DNA of 12,877 bases from Planctomycetota bacterium (GCA_039190745.1 JBCCXZ010000087.1:1-12877); one strand, 5' to 3'; counted from the stretch's first letter, positions 1 through 8,171 are shown. Notes: generated from the letters alone by a model not told the origin. Translations and numbers: made by a program.

Positions 1-26
1 GATTAGCGCAGATTAGTGTTCCTACT
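1..26. repeat. Right arm (cut by window edge) of a 10-bp-periodic palindromic intergenic repeat; second copy at 1508-1576
   Basis: GATTAGCGCAGATTAGTGTTCCTACT (1-26) vs GATTAGCGTCGATTAGTGTTCCTACT (1551-1576): 24/26 identical, same orientation. Confidence 0.85.
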
Positions 27-110
27 CGAAACTCCTTCGCCGCGGCGGGGTTCTGCGGTATACACGGTGATCGAAGCCCCAGATCTTCCCGGCTGTGAAA
101 GGACTTGGCG

Positions 111-1493
111 ATGCGGTTTCTGTTGACGCTGGCGATGGCGGCCTTTTCAAGCACCGTGGTTGCGGGCGATTTCGAGACGCTGAAGCAAACCAACTGGCAC
201 CAGTGGCGGGGGCCGCTGGCCAATGGCGTCGCCCCCGGGGCTGACCCTCCCACCGTATGGGACACCGAGAAGAACGTCCGCTGGAAGACCACGATCCCCG
301 GGCAGGGGAGCGGCACGCCGATTGTGTGGCAGGACCGCATTTTCCTGCTGACGGCGATCGAGACCGAGCAAAAGGGCCAAGCAGACGCCCGGCCGCGGAC
401 GCCGGTGCGGCTGGTGGCGCAGGCGGACCCGCCCACCCGGCCGCCCGAGCGTCGGCGCCGCAGGGGCTGGTTCGGCGGGGGCGGCGGGGCGCCGGAGAAC
501 GTCTACCAGTTTGTGGTGATGTGCCTCGACCGTGCGACGGGCGAGACCGTTTGGCAACAGACCGCCATCGAGGCCGTGCCGCACGAGGGCATCCACAACA
601 CCGCGTCGTACGCGTCGTCGTCGCCGATCACCGACGGGGAGAACCTCTACGTCTTCTTCGGATCGGAGGGCGTGTACTCGTACACGCTCGACGGCGAGCT
701 CCGCTGGAAGCGCGACCTGGGCGATTTGTACATCCGCAACAGCTTCGGCGAGGGCGCTTCGCCGGCGCTGTACCAAGGCGTGCTGGTAGTGCCCTGGGAC
801 CACGAGCGGCAGTCGAAGCTGTTCGCACTCGACGCAGAAACGGGCGACACGTTGTGGCAGGTGGAGCGCGACGAAGCCACCACCTGGGAGACGCCCCTGA
901 TCGTGGAGCACGAAGGCACGGTGCAGGTGGTGATGACCGGCACGCCGAAGGCGATGGGCTACGACCTGGAGACCGGCACCGTGCTGTGGGAGTGCGGCGG
1001 GCAGGCGATGAACCCGGTCGCCTCGCCGGTAGAGAAGGACGGCGTGGCGTACTGCATGACCGCCCGGCGGGGCAACGCCCTGTTCGCGATCCCGCTCTCG
1101 GCGCGGGGCGACATCACCGGCTCGGACAAGATCGCCTGGAGCTACAACCGCGGCACGAGCTACGTGCCCTCGCCGCTGCTCTACGGCGAGCGGCTCTACT
1201 TCTGCAAGAGCAACAACGGCATCCTGACGTGCCTCGACGCCGACACCGGTGCGGTGCGGTTCGCGGAGGAGCGGCTGCCGGGGGTGCGGGCGGTGTACGC
1301 CTCGCCGCTGGGCGCGGGCGGGCGGGTGTACATCAGCGGCCGCAACGGCGTGACGCTCGTACTGAAAGACGCCGACACGCTGGAGGTGCTCGCCGAGAAC
1401 GACCTGGAGGAGGCGATCGACGCCTCGCCCTTGGCGGTGGGCAAAGAACTGTTTCTGCGGACGGCGACGCAGCTCTACTGCATCGCCGAATAA
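111..1493 (+). CDS. Secreted PQQ-binding-like beta-propeller repeat protein (BamB-like, family expanded in planctomycetes)
   Basis: Signal peptide MRFLLTLAMAAFSSTVVA, then NWHQWRGPxxNG, SSP motifs and repeated (A/L)DxxTGxxxW docking motifs. ATG 111 preferred over TTG 105 because AAAGGA (98-103) lies 7 nt upstream. Confidence 0.9.
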   Translation: MRFLLTLAMAAFSSTVVAGDFETLKQTNWHQWRGPLANGVAPGADPPTVWDTEKNVRWKTTIPGQGSGTPIVWQDRIFLLTAIETEQKGQADARPRTPVRLVAQADPPTRPPERRRRRGWFGGGGGAPENVYQFVVMCLDRATGETVWQQTAIEAVPHEGIHNTASYASSSPITDGENLYVFFGSEGVYSYTLDGELRWKRDLGDLYIRNSFGEGASPALYQGVLVVPWDHERQSKLFALDAETGDTLWQVERDEATTWETPLIVEHEGTVQVVMTGTPKAMGYDLETGTVLWECGGQAMNPVASPVEKDGVAYCMTARRGNALFAIPLSARGDITGSDKIAWSYNRGTSYVPSPLLYGERLYFCKSNNGILTCLDADTGAVRFAEERLPGVRAVYASPLGAGGRVYISGRNGVTLVLKDADTLEVLAENDLEEAIDASPLAVGKELFLRTATQLYCIAE

Positions 1494-1507
1494 GGGCTTC
1501 AGAAACG

Positions 1508-1572
1508 GGAACACTGATCTCCGCTAATCGACACTCATCAGACTAGTGGAGATTAGCGTCGATTAGTGTTCC
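1508..1572. repeat. 65-bp imperfect palindrome of 3+3 inverted 10-bp units (consensus nnCRCTAATC) between convergent genes
   Basis: Left arm GG AACACTGATC TCCGCTAATC GACACTCATC; centre A1540; right arm GACTAGTGGA GATTAGCGTC GATTAGTGTT CC. Confidence 0.85.
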
Positions 1573-3305
1573 TACTTCTTTCTTCTTTTCGCAAGTGACA
1601 GCAAGAATACAGCTGCGAACGGGGTGGTCGCTGGCTCTGGTATCGCGGTGACCGCGGATTGGGCCGAACCGAAGCCGGCGTTCATCCGCCAATCGTTTAG
1701 GTCGGCGAGGCTATTGGGGACGGGCGAGCCGCCGCGGTTCCAGAGGACGAGGTCGGCCACGTCGACATCGCCGTCGAGGTCGAAGTCGCCGGGGGTGGTT
1801 CCAGCGGGCGGGCCGTCGGCCACCACAACCGCCGACACGAAGTTGAACTGGTCGTCTTCGCCGTCGAATGCGTAGGCGATCTGCCCGTTGTTGCTCAGGC
1901 CGCTGGCGGTGTTGTCGAAGGGGAGCTGGGCGCCGTTGAAGTAGAGCTGCTGCACCTCGAAGGGGGTTCCGTTGACATCGACGAAGTCGCCGATCTGGAC
2001 CACCTTCGTGAGCGCTCCTGTGGAATCGGTCGTGTAGATCGCCTGGTTGAAGTCGCTGAGGTCGACGAACAGTGCGATCTGGCCCGAATCGTTGACCGCG
2101 ATATCGATGATGTTCAGCAGCGTCTCGGAGGTATCGGGCAGCGCACCGCCTTGTAGGGCGACCAGGTCGAGCACGCCGGGGGACGATTCTTGCCAAACGC
2201 CCTCGCGTCCGTCGTCGAGCGCGACTTGAACGACGGCGTTTCCATCGGCGTCGATAAAGGGGTCGTGCTGCAAGCGATCGAAGAAGAAGCCGGGCGCGCC
2301 GGGGGCGGGCTCCGACTCAAGCATCACTTTGGCAAGCACGTCGTCCCGCTCGACCCAGACGCCGGAGCGGAGAGTGCCGCCGATCAGGCCCGTGAGCAAC
2401 GCCGTGAAGGCGACGTCGCCGGAGTTGTTGATGATCGGGTTGGTGGAGTAGGCCGGCGTGGTCGTGCGGCCGAAGATCTGGCTGAATTCGTTGGAAGTAC
2501 CGGGGGCGATCTCGCCCTGCAGGGCGACCGGTTCGAGGCCGCCGCCGGTACCTTTCCAGACGCCGCCGTCGCCGATGGAGTCGACGCCAGTGCCGGCGTT
2601 CGTCTCGGCGAAGAAGGCAACCGTGCCGGCGTTGTTGATGGTTGGCGGCGAAAAGTTCTCGAAGTTGGCGAGGCCGTTGACCGAGGGCCGGAACGTGCCG
2701 GGGGCGAGTTCGGTCGGTTCGACGACCTTGCCGAGTGCGCCGCCGACGCCCTCGGAGAAGACTGCTAGCGAGCTGAGGAAGGCAACTCCGTCGTGCGTTT
2801 GGGCGACATCGGTGAACTGAAAGTCGAAACTGAACGTGCTCGGCGCGATCGTGCCCGGCGCGGGGTCGCCTTCGAGCGCGATCTTAGTGAGTGGCGTGGC
2901 TGTGCGGTCGCGGTCGCTCCACAGGCCGGTGGTGGTGAAGTCGTCGAGGAAAGCGTTGAAGGTGACGTCGCCGAGGTCGTTGATGAAGACTTCCAACGGC
3001 GGAAAGTCGCCGAAGGTCGCGCCGCCGGCGCCGGGGGCGGTCTCGCCTGTCAGAGCGACCTTAGCGAGCGAACCGTCGCCTTCCGACCAGATGCCGGAAG
3101 AGCCGTCGAAGTCATCGACGAACGCCGTTATGGCGACCTGACCGAGGCCGTTGATCACGGGCTCTGCGAACTGTGAAAATGGGTCGGACGAGCCTGGGGC
3201 GGTGTCGTTGGTCGTCGCGACGACGCGGACGGCGGCCGACGCACGCGGCGCCAGGTAGAGAAGCAAGCCAACCAACAGAACAAGAGCGCAAGATCGGCGG
3301 TGCAT
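1572..3305 (-). CDS. PEP-CTERM surface protein with NxxGxxAF tandem repeats and a dockerin/EF-hand-like module
   Basis: Signal peptide; repeats INGLGQVAI, INDLGDVTF, INNAGTVAF, INNSGDVAF, IDADGNAVV, VNDSGQIAL, LSNNGQIAY; GDFDLDGDVDVADL; C-terminus IPEP + hydrophobic stretch + KRRKK. Confidence 0.9.
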   Translation of the reverse strand: MHRRSCALVLLVGLLLYLAPRASAAVRVVATTNDTAPGSSDPFSQFAEPVINGLGQVAITAFVDDFDGSSGIWSEGDGSLAKVALTGETAPGAGGATFGDFPPLEVFINDLGDVTFNAFLDDFTTTGLWSDRDRTATPLTKIALEGDPAPGTIAPSTFSFDFQFTDVAQTHDGVAFLSSLAVFSEGVGGALGKVVEPTELAPGTFRPSVNGLANFENFSPPTINNAGTVAFFAETNAGTGVDSIGDGGVWKGTGGGLEPVALQGEIAPGTSNEFSQIFGRTTTPAYSTNPIINNSGDVAFTALLTGLIGGTLRSGVWVERDDVLAKVMLESEPAPGAPGFFFDRLQHDPFIDADGNAVVQVALDDGREGVWQESSPGVLDLVALQGGALPDTSETLLNIIDIAVNDSGQIALFVDLSDFNQAIYTTDSTGALTKVVQIGDFVDVNGTPFEVQQLYFNGAQLPFDNTASGLSNNGQIAYAFDGEDDQFNFVSAVVVADGPPAGTTPGDFDLDGDVDVADLVLWNRGGSPVPNSLADLNDWRMNAGFGSAQSAVTAIPEPATTPFAAVFLLSLAKRRKK

Positions 3306-3364
3306 TGCGGGGCCCCGGCATGGATTCGTGGTGCGAAAATCGAGCGTCTACTGCGGGCGGCCGC

Positions 3365-3393
3365 AGTATAGCCGGGGGTAGGTCGCAGGGCAA
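3365..3393 (-). promoter_or_regulatory. Putative sigma70-type promoter for the NxxGxxAF PEP-CTERM gene
   Basis: Minus strand TTGCCC (3393-3388), 17 nt spacer, TATACT (3370-3365), 59 nt upstream of ATG 3305. Confidence 0.5.
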
Positions 3394-3402
3394 AAAAACC
3401 GC

Positions 3403-3726
3403 TCAGGCCAGTGGTTCGGCGGCCGGGTTGGCGGCCGGTTCAGCTTTGTCCAGTTCGGCGGCGGTGGCAGCGGCGCGGGCCTCTCGCTCCAGCCTGAGCC
3501 GCTCGGCGGAGCGGCGGGCGTCGCGGGCGATCCAGCCGACGAGCCAGAAAGCGAACAACCCCGCGGCGGCTCGGCCGGCGTAGAAGCCGGCAACATCGGT
3601 GTTCCCCACTGTGAGGGCCTTCCAAACGCCGAGCATCGCCAAGCCGCAGACGGTCGCTTCGGCGGCGACGTGGTTCCAGAAGAGGAACCGGATGACCGGC
3701 TTGGCGGCTTCTCGGACTGCTTCCAT
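3403..3726 (-). CDS. Hypothetical small membrane protein (107 aa, about two TM helices, charged and Ala-rich tail)
   Basis: MEAVREAAKPVIRFLFW...; AGAGG 7 nt upstream of ATG 3726. The longer track ORF (to 4065) overlaps the CARDB gene and is unlikely. Confidence 0.55.
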   Translation of the reverse strand: MEAVREAAKPVIRFLFWNHVAAEATVCGLAMLGVWKALTVGNTDVAGFYAGRAAAGLFAFWLVGWIARDARRSAERLRLEREARAAATAAELDKAEPAANPAAEPLA

Positions 3727-3970
3727 CTTCGGGCCTCTGTAGTTGCGTCCACGCCGGGCTCGGCAGCGACGCCGCCATTGTAGTGTCGGGCCCGACGGGG
3801 GCGAGCTTTTTTTCGCCTTCATTACCCCGGTGTGTAACGCGGAGCGGGCGTGCACGCTTGGTTTCCTGTCGGCCGCATTCCGGGGTGGGCTACCGCCCCG
3901 CGGCCGGCAGCGGGGTTGCCTACAGAAAGACACAAGCCGGGCCCAACTCCCGGCAGGAGGGAACAGAGAG

Positions 3971-5158
3971 ATGAACACGTTCAGGAACTCGATGTTGTTA
4001 GCCATGCTCGTGGCCGTGGTCTTGGCCGGTTCGGCCGGCGCGCAGTCGCGGCGCGACCGATTCAAGCAGCTGCAAGCGCGGGCGCAGCAGTCGGAGCAGC
4101 AATCGGCTCAGAACGGCGGCGGGCAGAACCGGCGCCGCGGACGCAACCAGCAGAAGCGCAATACGCAAGCGGGCGGCAACAATCAGTTGATCCTGAAGGG
4201 CGACTTAATCGTCGAACGCGTCTACCAAGCCGGCGACGCGTTGGGGGTTACTATCCGCAACGGCGGCGGCGTCCGCACGCCGGACACCAACATGCAGATC
4301 CAAATCAAACGCCGCACCGACGGCCGTGTGCTCGAGACCAAGAACGCCCGTGTGGGGGCCCTCGAGCCGGGCGCCCGGGCGAGCATCCGCCGCCACGGGA
4401 TGAACCTGAACAACGTGCTGGTAGTGGTGACGGTCGACCCGCAGAACCGGGTCGGAGAGTCGAATGAGGGGAACAACACAGGCCAGATGACCGTGGCGGC
4501 GCGCCCCGGCGGCCCCCCTGCCCCGCGTCCGCTGCCGGACTTGTTCGTCAGCGAGCTGCGCAGGCAGGGCAACGTGCTCATCCTGACCGTGGCCAACAAA
4601 GGGACCGCCGCGTCGCGGGCGACGACGACGCACATCCGGATCGCCAGCCGCGTCGGCAAACCGGACGTGATCAAGACCGGTAATGTGCGGGCACTGAAGC
4701 CGGGTGAGCGGGCGCAGACAAAGTTCCACAACGTCGTGCTCGACAACGTCGTGGTGACGGTGGGCATCGACCCCCGGCGGCAGATCAAGGAATCCAACAA
4801 AGGCAACAACGGCAAGCAACTCGTGGTGGGCGACCAGACCACGAGAGCGCCGGACCTGACGATCGGCGAGTTCCGCTTCTTCCCCGAGAAGCAGGAAGTG
4901 TGGGTGCAGGTCCGGAACGTCGGCGCCGCGGGTATGAGCGGCTCGACGCACCTGCGGCTGGTCTCCTACTTCGGCCCGGGCAATGTCAAGGAGCAGAAGC
5001 TTCAGCGTGTGAGCGGCATCGGCCGCGGCCAGCACATCTTCTACCGGATCCGGATGGAGCAGATCCAACGGGGGATGCAGTTCGAGGCGATCGTCGACCC
5101 GCAGAACGACTTCCCTGAGCAGAACGAGCGGAACAACCGCAAGGTGCAAACGTTCTGA
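3971..5158 (+). CDS. Secreted protein with three CARDB (Ig-like) domains, 395 aa
   Basis: AGGAGG upstream of ATG 3971; signal peptide ending AGA-Q; Q/N/G/R-rich linker; three units DLxV/I...NxG...(V/I)DPxxxxxExNxxNN (VDPQNRVGESNEGNN, IDPRRQIKESNKGNN, VDPQNDFPEQNERNN). Confidence 0.85.
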   Translation: MNTFRNSMLLAMLVAVVLAGSAGAQSRRDRFKQLQARAQQSEQQSAQNGGGQNRRRGRNQQKRNTQAGGNNQLILKGDLIVERVYQAGDALGVTIRNGGGVRTPDTNMQIQIKRRTDGRVLETKNARVGALEPGARASIRRHGMNLNNVLVVVTVDPQNRVGESNEGNNTGQMTVAARPGGPPAPRPLPDLFVSELRRQGNVLILTVANKGTAASRATTTHIRIASRVGKPDVIKTGNVRALKPGERAQTKFHNVVLDNVVVTVGIDPRRQIKESNKGNNGKQLVVGDQTTRAPDLTIGEFRFFPEKQEVWVQVRNVGAAGMSGSTHLRLVSYFGPGNVKEQKLQRVSGIGRGQHIFYRIRMEQIQRGMQFEAIVDPQNDFPEQNERNNRKVQTF

Positions 5159-5201
5159 TTGGCGGCAGACTCGGTTCTCAACGGGCTGAGGGTTGGGCGA
5201 G

Positions 5202-5247
5202 CGGCGGCGGGGTACCCCTGGGGAGGGGCCCGCCGCCGTTCTTTGTT
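5202..5247 (+). terminator. Probable intrinsic terminator of the CARDB gene
   Basis: CGGCGGCGGG (5202-5211) pairs with CCCGCCGCCG (5229-5238), inner CCCCT/AGGGG stem, followed by TTCTTTGTT. Confidence 0.6.
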
Positions 5248-5263
5248 GCCGGGAAAAGAGATA

Positions 5264-5290
5264 ACCGCAGAGGACGCGGAGGTCGCAGAG
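5264..5290 (+). repeat. Three tandem 9-bp units (nnCGCRGAG)
   Basis: ACCGCAGAG GACGCGGAG GTCGCAGAG in an intergenic position. Confidence 0.65.
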
Positions 5291-5317
5291 CAGGAGTGGA
5301 GGGGGTTGGGTGGCGGA

Positions 5318-5779
5318 CTAGTTGTTCGTAGGCGAGCCCTCCGGCTTCCCCACGCCTAAGCGGATCATCAACCAGCGACGATGAAACAGCGCCACGATTA
5401 CCAACACCCCAAGGATGCTCCAGAATGCAATCATGAAGACCCAAATTGCAGTGCCTACAGCAGTAGGCAGATTCGAGACGAGACCCCAACTCAGCCCGAA
5501 TCGCTCAACAAGCCCCCCCACGCCAATCGCAAAGCCGAGCAATAACACTCCCGAGCTGAGCTGCAGGATGGTCCCAACAACAAACGCGTATGCTCGATCG
5601 CCGAGCAAATCCCAGCGACACGGATAGACAATGATCATCCCAACGAGCGGAGACGAGAGAAGGGCCAAGACGACCCGCCAGTCGCTGATTGGCATAGATG
5701 CCAGAAAGTAGCGGCCACAGAATGCGGCAATAACGGCCCACAGTAAGACCGAAACCGCGAGGGGCGTGCTCTTGTTCAT
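5318..5779 (-). CDS. Hypothetical integral membrane protein (153 aa, about four TM helices), lower GC than neighbours
   Basis: MNKSTPLAVSVLLWAVIAAF... with four hydrophobic segments. Sampled 60-nt lines are 50-53% GC vs about 75% in a sampled HAD-gene line. Start codon uncertain. Confidence 0.65.
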   Translation of the reverse strand: MNKSTPLAVSVLLWAVIAAFCGRYFLASMPISDWRVVLALLSSPLVGMIIVYPCRWDLLGDRAYAFVVGTILQLSSGVLLLGFAIGVGGLVERFGLSWGLVSNLPTAVGTAIWVFMIAFWSILGVLVIVALFHRRWLMIRLGVGKPEGSPTNN

Positions 5780-5892
5780 CGAGTACACGTTTTCAATCAC
5801 TCTGTCTGACCGCGAGGTCAATCGGCGCACTTGAGTTACCGTGAGCAGGTAAGCGGGGTAACCCGTTCTGGCTTCAGAATACCGGCGCATCT

Positions 5893-5962
5893 CACTGCTG
5901 GCTTGTTCAGGAGAGGGGCAAAAAACGACTGAACACTGCTGGACAAGCCAGCAGTGCCACCC
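5893..5962. repeat. Inverted doublet of a REP-like palindrome
   Basis: CACTGCTGG-ACAAG-CCAGCAGTG (5934-5956) plus CCACCC tail. Degenerate opposite-orientation copy CACTGCTGGCTTGTTCAGGAGAG (5893-5915, 20/23 match). 18-nt spacer. Confidence 0.75.
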
Positions 5963-6036
5963 GACGATTTTGTGGAAGCAGGATCGGCCTCGGAAAGGCC
6001 TCACCTACAGAGAACAACGCCAAGAGTCTTCAACCC

Positions 6037-6696
6037 ATGTCCGAACGGGCCGTGATCTTCGATGTCGACGGCGTGCTGGTCGATTCCTACACGCCGCACT
6101 ACCAGAGCTGGCGCGACGCGCTGAAGCCCTATGGCGTGGAGCTGACCGAGCCGGAGTTCCGCCGCACGTTCGGCCGGACCTCACGCGACATCCTGGCGAT
6201 GCTCTACGACGGCGAAGTGACCGAAGAGGAACTTCAGCGGCTGGACGACGAAAAGGAGGCGCTCTACCGCGAGATCGTGGCCGACGCTTTCCCGGCGGTG
6301 GACGGGGCGACGGAGTTGATCGACGCGCTCGAAGCGGCGGCGTTCAAGCTGGCGGTCGGTTCGTCCGGGCCGCCGGAGAACGTGAACCTCTGCCTCCGCG
6401 AGCTGGGGCGGGCGGACAAGTTCGGCGCGGCGATCACCGGCAAGGACGTCACCCGCGGCAAGCCCGACCCGCAGGTGTTCCTGATGGGCGCCGAGCGGTT
6501 GGGCGTGCCGCCAGCGCGTTGCGCGGTGGTGGAAGACGCGGCGGCCGGCGTGGAGGCGGCCAACCGGGCGGAGATGGTTAGCATCGGCCTGACCGGCACG
6601 GCGACCCGCGAGCAGCTGGCGCACGCCGACTTGGTCGTCAACAGCCTGCGGGAGCTGTCGCCGGAGAAGATCGATGAGCTGATCGCCGGCCGCTGA
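6037..6696 (+). CDS. HAD-superfamily phosphatase (beta-phosphoglucomutase-like, subfamily IA)
   Basis: Motif I FDVDGVLVDS, motif II GSSG, motif III GKPDP, motif IV VVEDA. Confidence 0.93.
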   Translation: MSERAVIFDVDGVLVDSYTPHYQSWRDALKPYGVELTEPEFRRTFGRTSRDILAMLYDGEVTEEELQRLDDEKEALYREIVADAFPAVDGATELIDALEAAAFKLAVGSSGPPENVNLCLRELGRADKFGAAITGKDVTRGKPDPQVFLMGAERLGVPPARCAVVEDAAAGVEAANRAEMVSIGLTGTATREQLAHADLVVNSLRELSPEKIDELIAGR

Positions 6697-6854
6697 GCGT
6701 AAGCTGGATCAGATAAGAAACCGACCGGGGGCCGCGGCGGGCGACGGGCTGGACACGGCACATGTGGTCCCCTCGCGCGGTCGTGCGGCGACGCGGTTGG
6801 CATCGGCCGCAAGACCGGCCGGGCCCCCGGGGCGGTCATTTTAAGATGCCGAGG

Positions 6855-7790
6855 CTAGTCGGACGCCGCTTCTGTGTCGGTGGCTTGGCCATCGACGATG
6901 TCCTCCGCCGCGGCCTCTTTGCCCTTCGGCCGCCGTCGCTTGCCCCGGGGCTCGATCGTAGAGCGGAGCTCGTCGCTGAGTTCCTTCGCCTTGGCGGCGT
7001 CGAGCATTTCTTGGGCGCCGGGGGCGTCGGGCGACTGCTTGACGATCTTCGCGGCCCAACGGCGGGCCTTGGCGTACTCGCCGGTCAGCAGATAAGTCTT
7101 GGCCAGGCCCCACCAGGCGGCGGTGGCGTTCTGCTTGGCGGCCTTGGCGAGGTAACGCTCGGCGTCTTCGTACTCCTGGTACATGAAAGCGATCTGGCCC
7201 AAGCCGTTGAGCGCCGCGGGGTGCTTGGCCTCCAGTTCCAGGCAGTTCTGGAAGGCTTCTTCAGCGTTCTCGGCCTGGCCGCTGTTGAAGCGGGCCCAGC
7301 CGAGGCCGTTCCAGGCATTAGCTGCCGCGGGGTCGAGCGCCACGGCCTCCTTGAACTTGGCCTCGGCTTCGAGCATCTTCCGGTTTTGCCAGAGCTGCCA
7401 GCCCTGGGCTGACAGCTGCTCGGCTTTGCGGAGCTCGGCGAGCGTGGGCTCAGCGTCCCCCTTGGCGTCAGCCTGCGTCGAACGGTTCTGTGCGGACGTG
7501 TCTTGGGCCACCCCCAGGGTGAGCCAGCCCATCACGATTGCGATTAGTAGCGCACTCATAGCAACTCCTCCGGCAATGCATGTGGCGAACCAAACCCGCC
7601 GCTTGCGGCGGCGGGCCTCGTCGTCGTGGAGCGATCGGGCCAACAACTGGTCCGATTCCAGGAGTGCCGTGTCCAGTAGCGTTTGTTGGTACTCGTCGAG
7701 AACGCCTTGTTCGCCAAGGCCGCCCCCGGGCTGTGCCGGCCCGGGTGGATTCGCTTTCGCTTGTTCGAAGCTGAGGGTTTCGTCGCTCAT
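6855..7790 (-). CDS. Single-pass membrane protein with extracytoplasmic tetratricopeptide repeats
   Basis: Acidic ~60-aa N-domain, RRRKRR, hydrophobic segment, then about four TPRs (AWNGLGWARF..G..E.AEEAF, ALNGLGQIAF, AWWGLAKTYLLTGEY..A). Starts 15 nt after the DUF2089-like gene stop. Confidence 0.88.
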   Translation of the reverse strand: MSDETLSFEQAKANPPGPAQPGGGLGEQGVLDEYQQTLLDTALLESDQLLARSLHDDEARRRKRRVWFATCIAGGVAMSALLIAIVMGWLTLGVAQDTSAQNRSTQADAKGDAEPTLAELRKAEQLSAQGWQLWQNRKMLEAEAKFKEAVALDPAAANAWNGLGWARFNSGQAENAEEAFQNCLELEAKHPAALNGLGQIAFMYQEYEDAERYLAKAAKQNATAAWWGLAKTYLLTGEYAKARRWAAKIVKQSPDAPGAQEMLDAAKAKELSDELRSTIEPRGKRRRPKGKEAAAEDIVDGQATDTEAASD

Positions 7791-7805
7791 GGTTCTCAGG
7801 CCGCT

Positions 7806-8171
7806 CTAGATCGCCTTGATGAGCCGTGCGGCGCTCTCAGCAGAGAGCTTCCCCTCGTTGACCGCGTCGAGGATGTTGCCTTTGACCGTCTGCGTGCGGC
7901 CGATCTCCTCTCGGAGCGCCGCGATTACCTTGTCCAGCCGCGACCGGACGGTTGGGTACGAGACGCCGGTCTGGCTGGCGATCTCCTTGAGGCTGCCGCT
8001 GGCGAGCACGAAGATCTCGATGAACCGCTGGTGCTCCGGCGGCAGGTTGGCCAGCCGGGCGGTGGGGAACGCTGCCTCGACGGAGATCTCGCAGGCGTGG
8101 CACGTCATGCGGCTGACGGTCATCGCCTAGTCGCAGTACGGGCAGCAGGAAGAGGGTTTTGCAGATGCCAT
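7806..8171 (-). pseudogene. DUF2089-like Zn-ribbon/HTH putative transcription regulator with in-frame TAG at codon 15 (nonsense mutation or sequence error)
   Basis: ATG 8171 reads MASAKPSSCCPYCD*AMTVSRMTCHAC... followed by FIEIFVLASGSLKEIASQTGVSYPTVRSRLDKVI (HTH) and ILDAVNEGKLSAESAARLI (SHOCT-like). TAG at 8127-8129. Confidence 0.85.

Noticed and set aside
147..1546. Long antisense and alternate-frame ORFs (e.g. 147-1514, 257-1546, 4205-5149, 10059-10775)
   Set aside because: These are shadows of real genes in high-GC DNA, Arg/Pro/Ala-rich with no motifs.
1508..1572. CRISPR array
   Set aside because: Units are 10 bp, contiguous and inverted, with no spacers and no cas genes.
5780..5802. 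Degenerate integron attC end before the low-GC gene (minus strand GTGATTGAAAACGTG; GAACAAC at the gene's 3' end)
   Set aside because: The core GTT is not intact, I could not form an attC hairpin on either side, and no integrase is present. An attC covariance-model search would settle it.
6725..6830. Possible structured RNA between the convergent HAD and TPR genes (CCGGGGGCC/GGCCCCCGG arms, GCAA loop)
   Set aside because: Short all-GC pairing is expected by chance, and no recognisable RNA family motif is present.
8127..8129. TAG recoding (pyrrolysine or alternative genetic code) in the DUF2089-like gene
   Set aside because: TAG is the normal stop for many genes here, including right after conserved C-termini (SlyX PPHY, PEP-CTERM tails). 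No pyl genes are seen.
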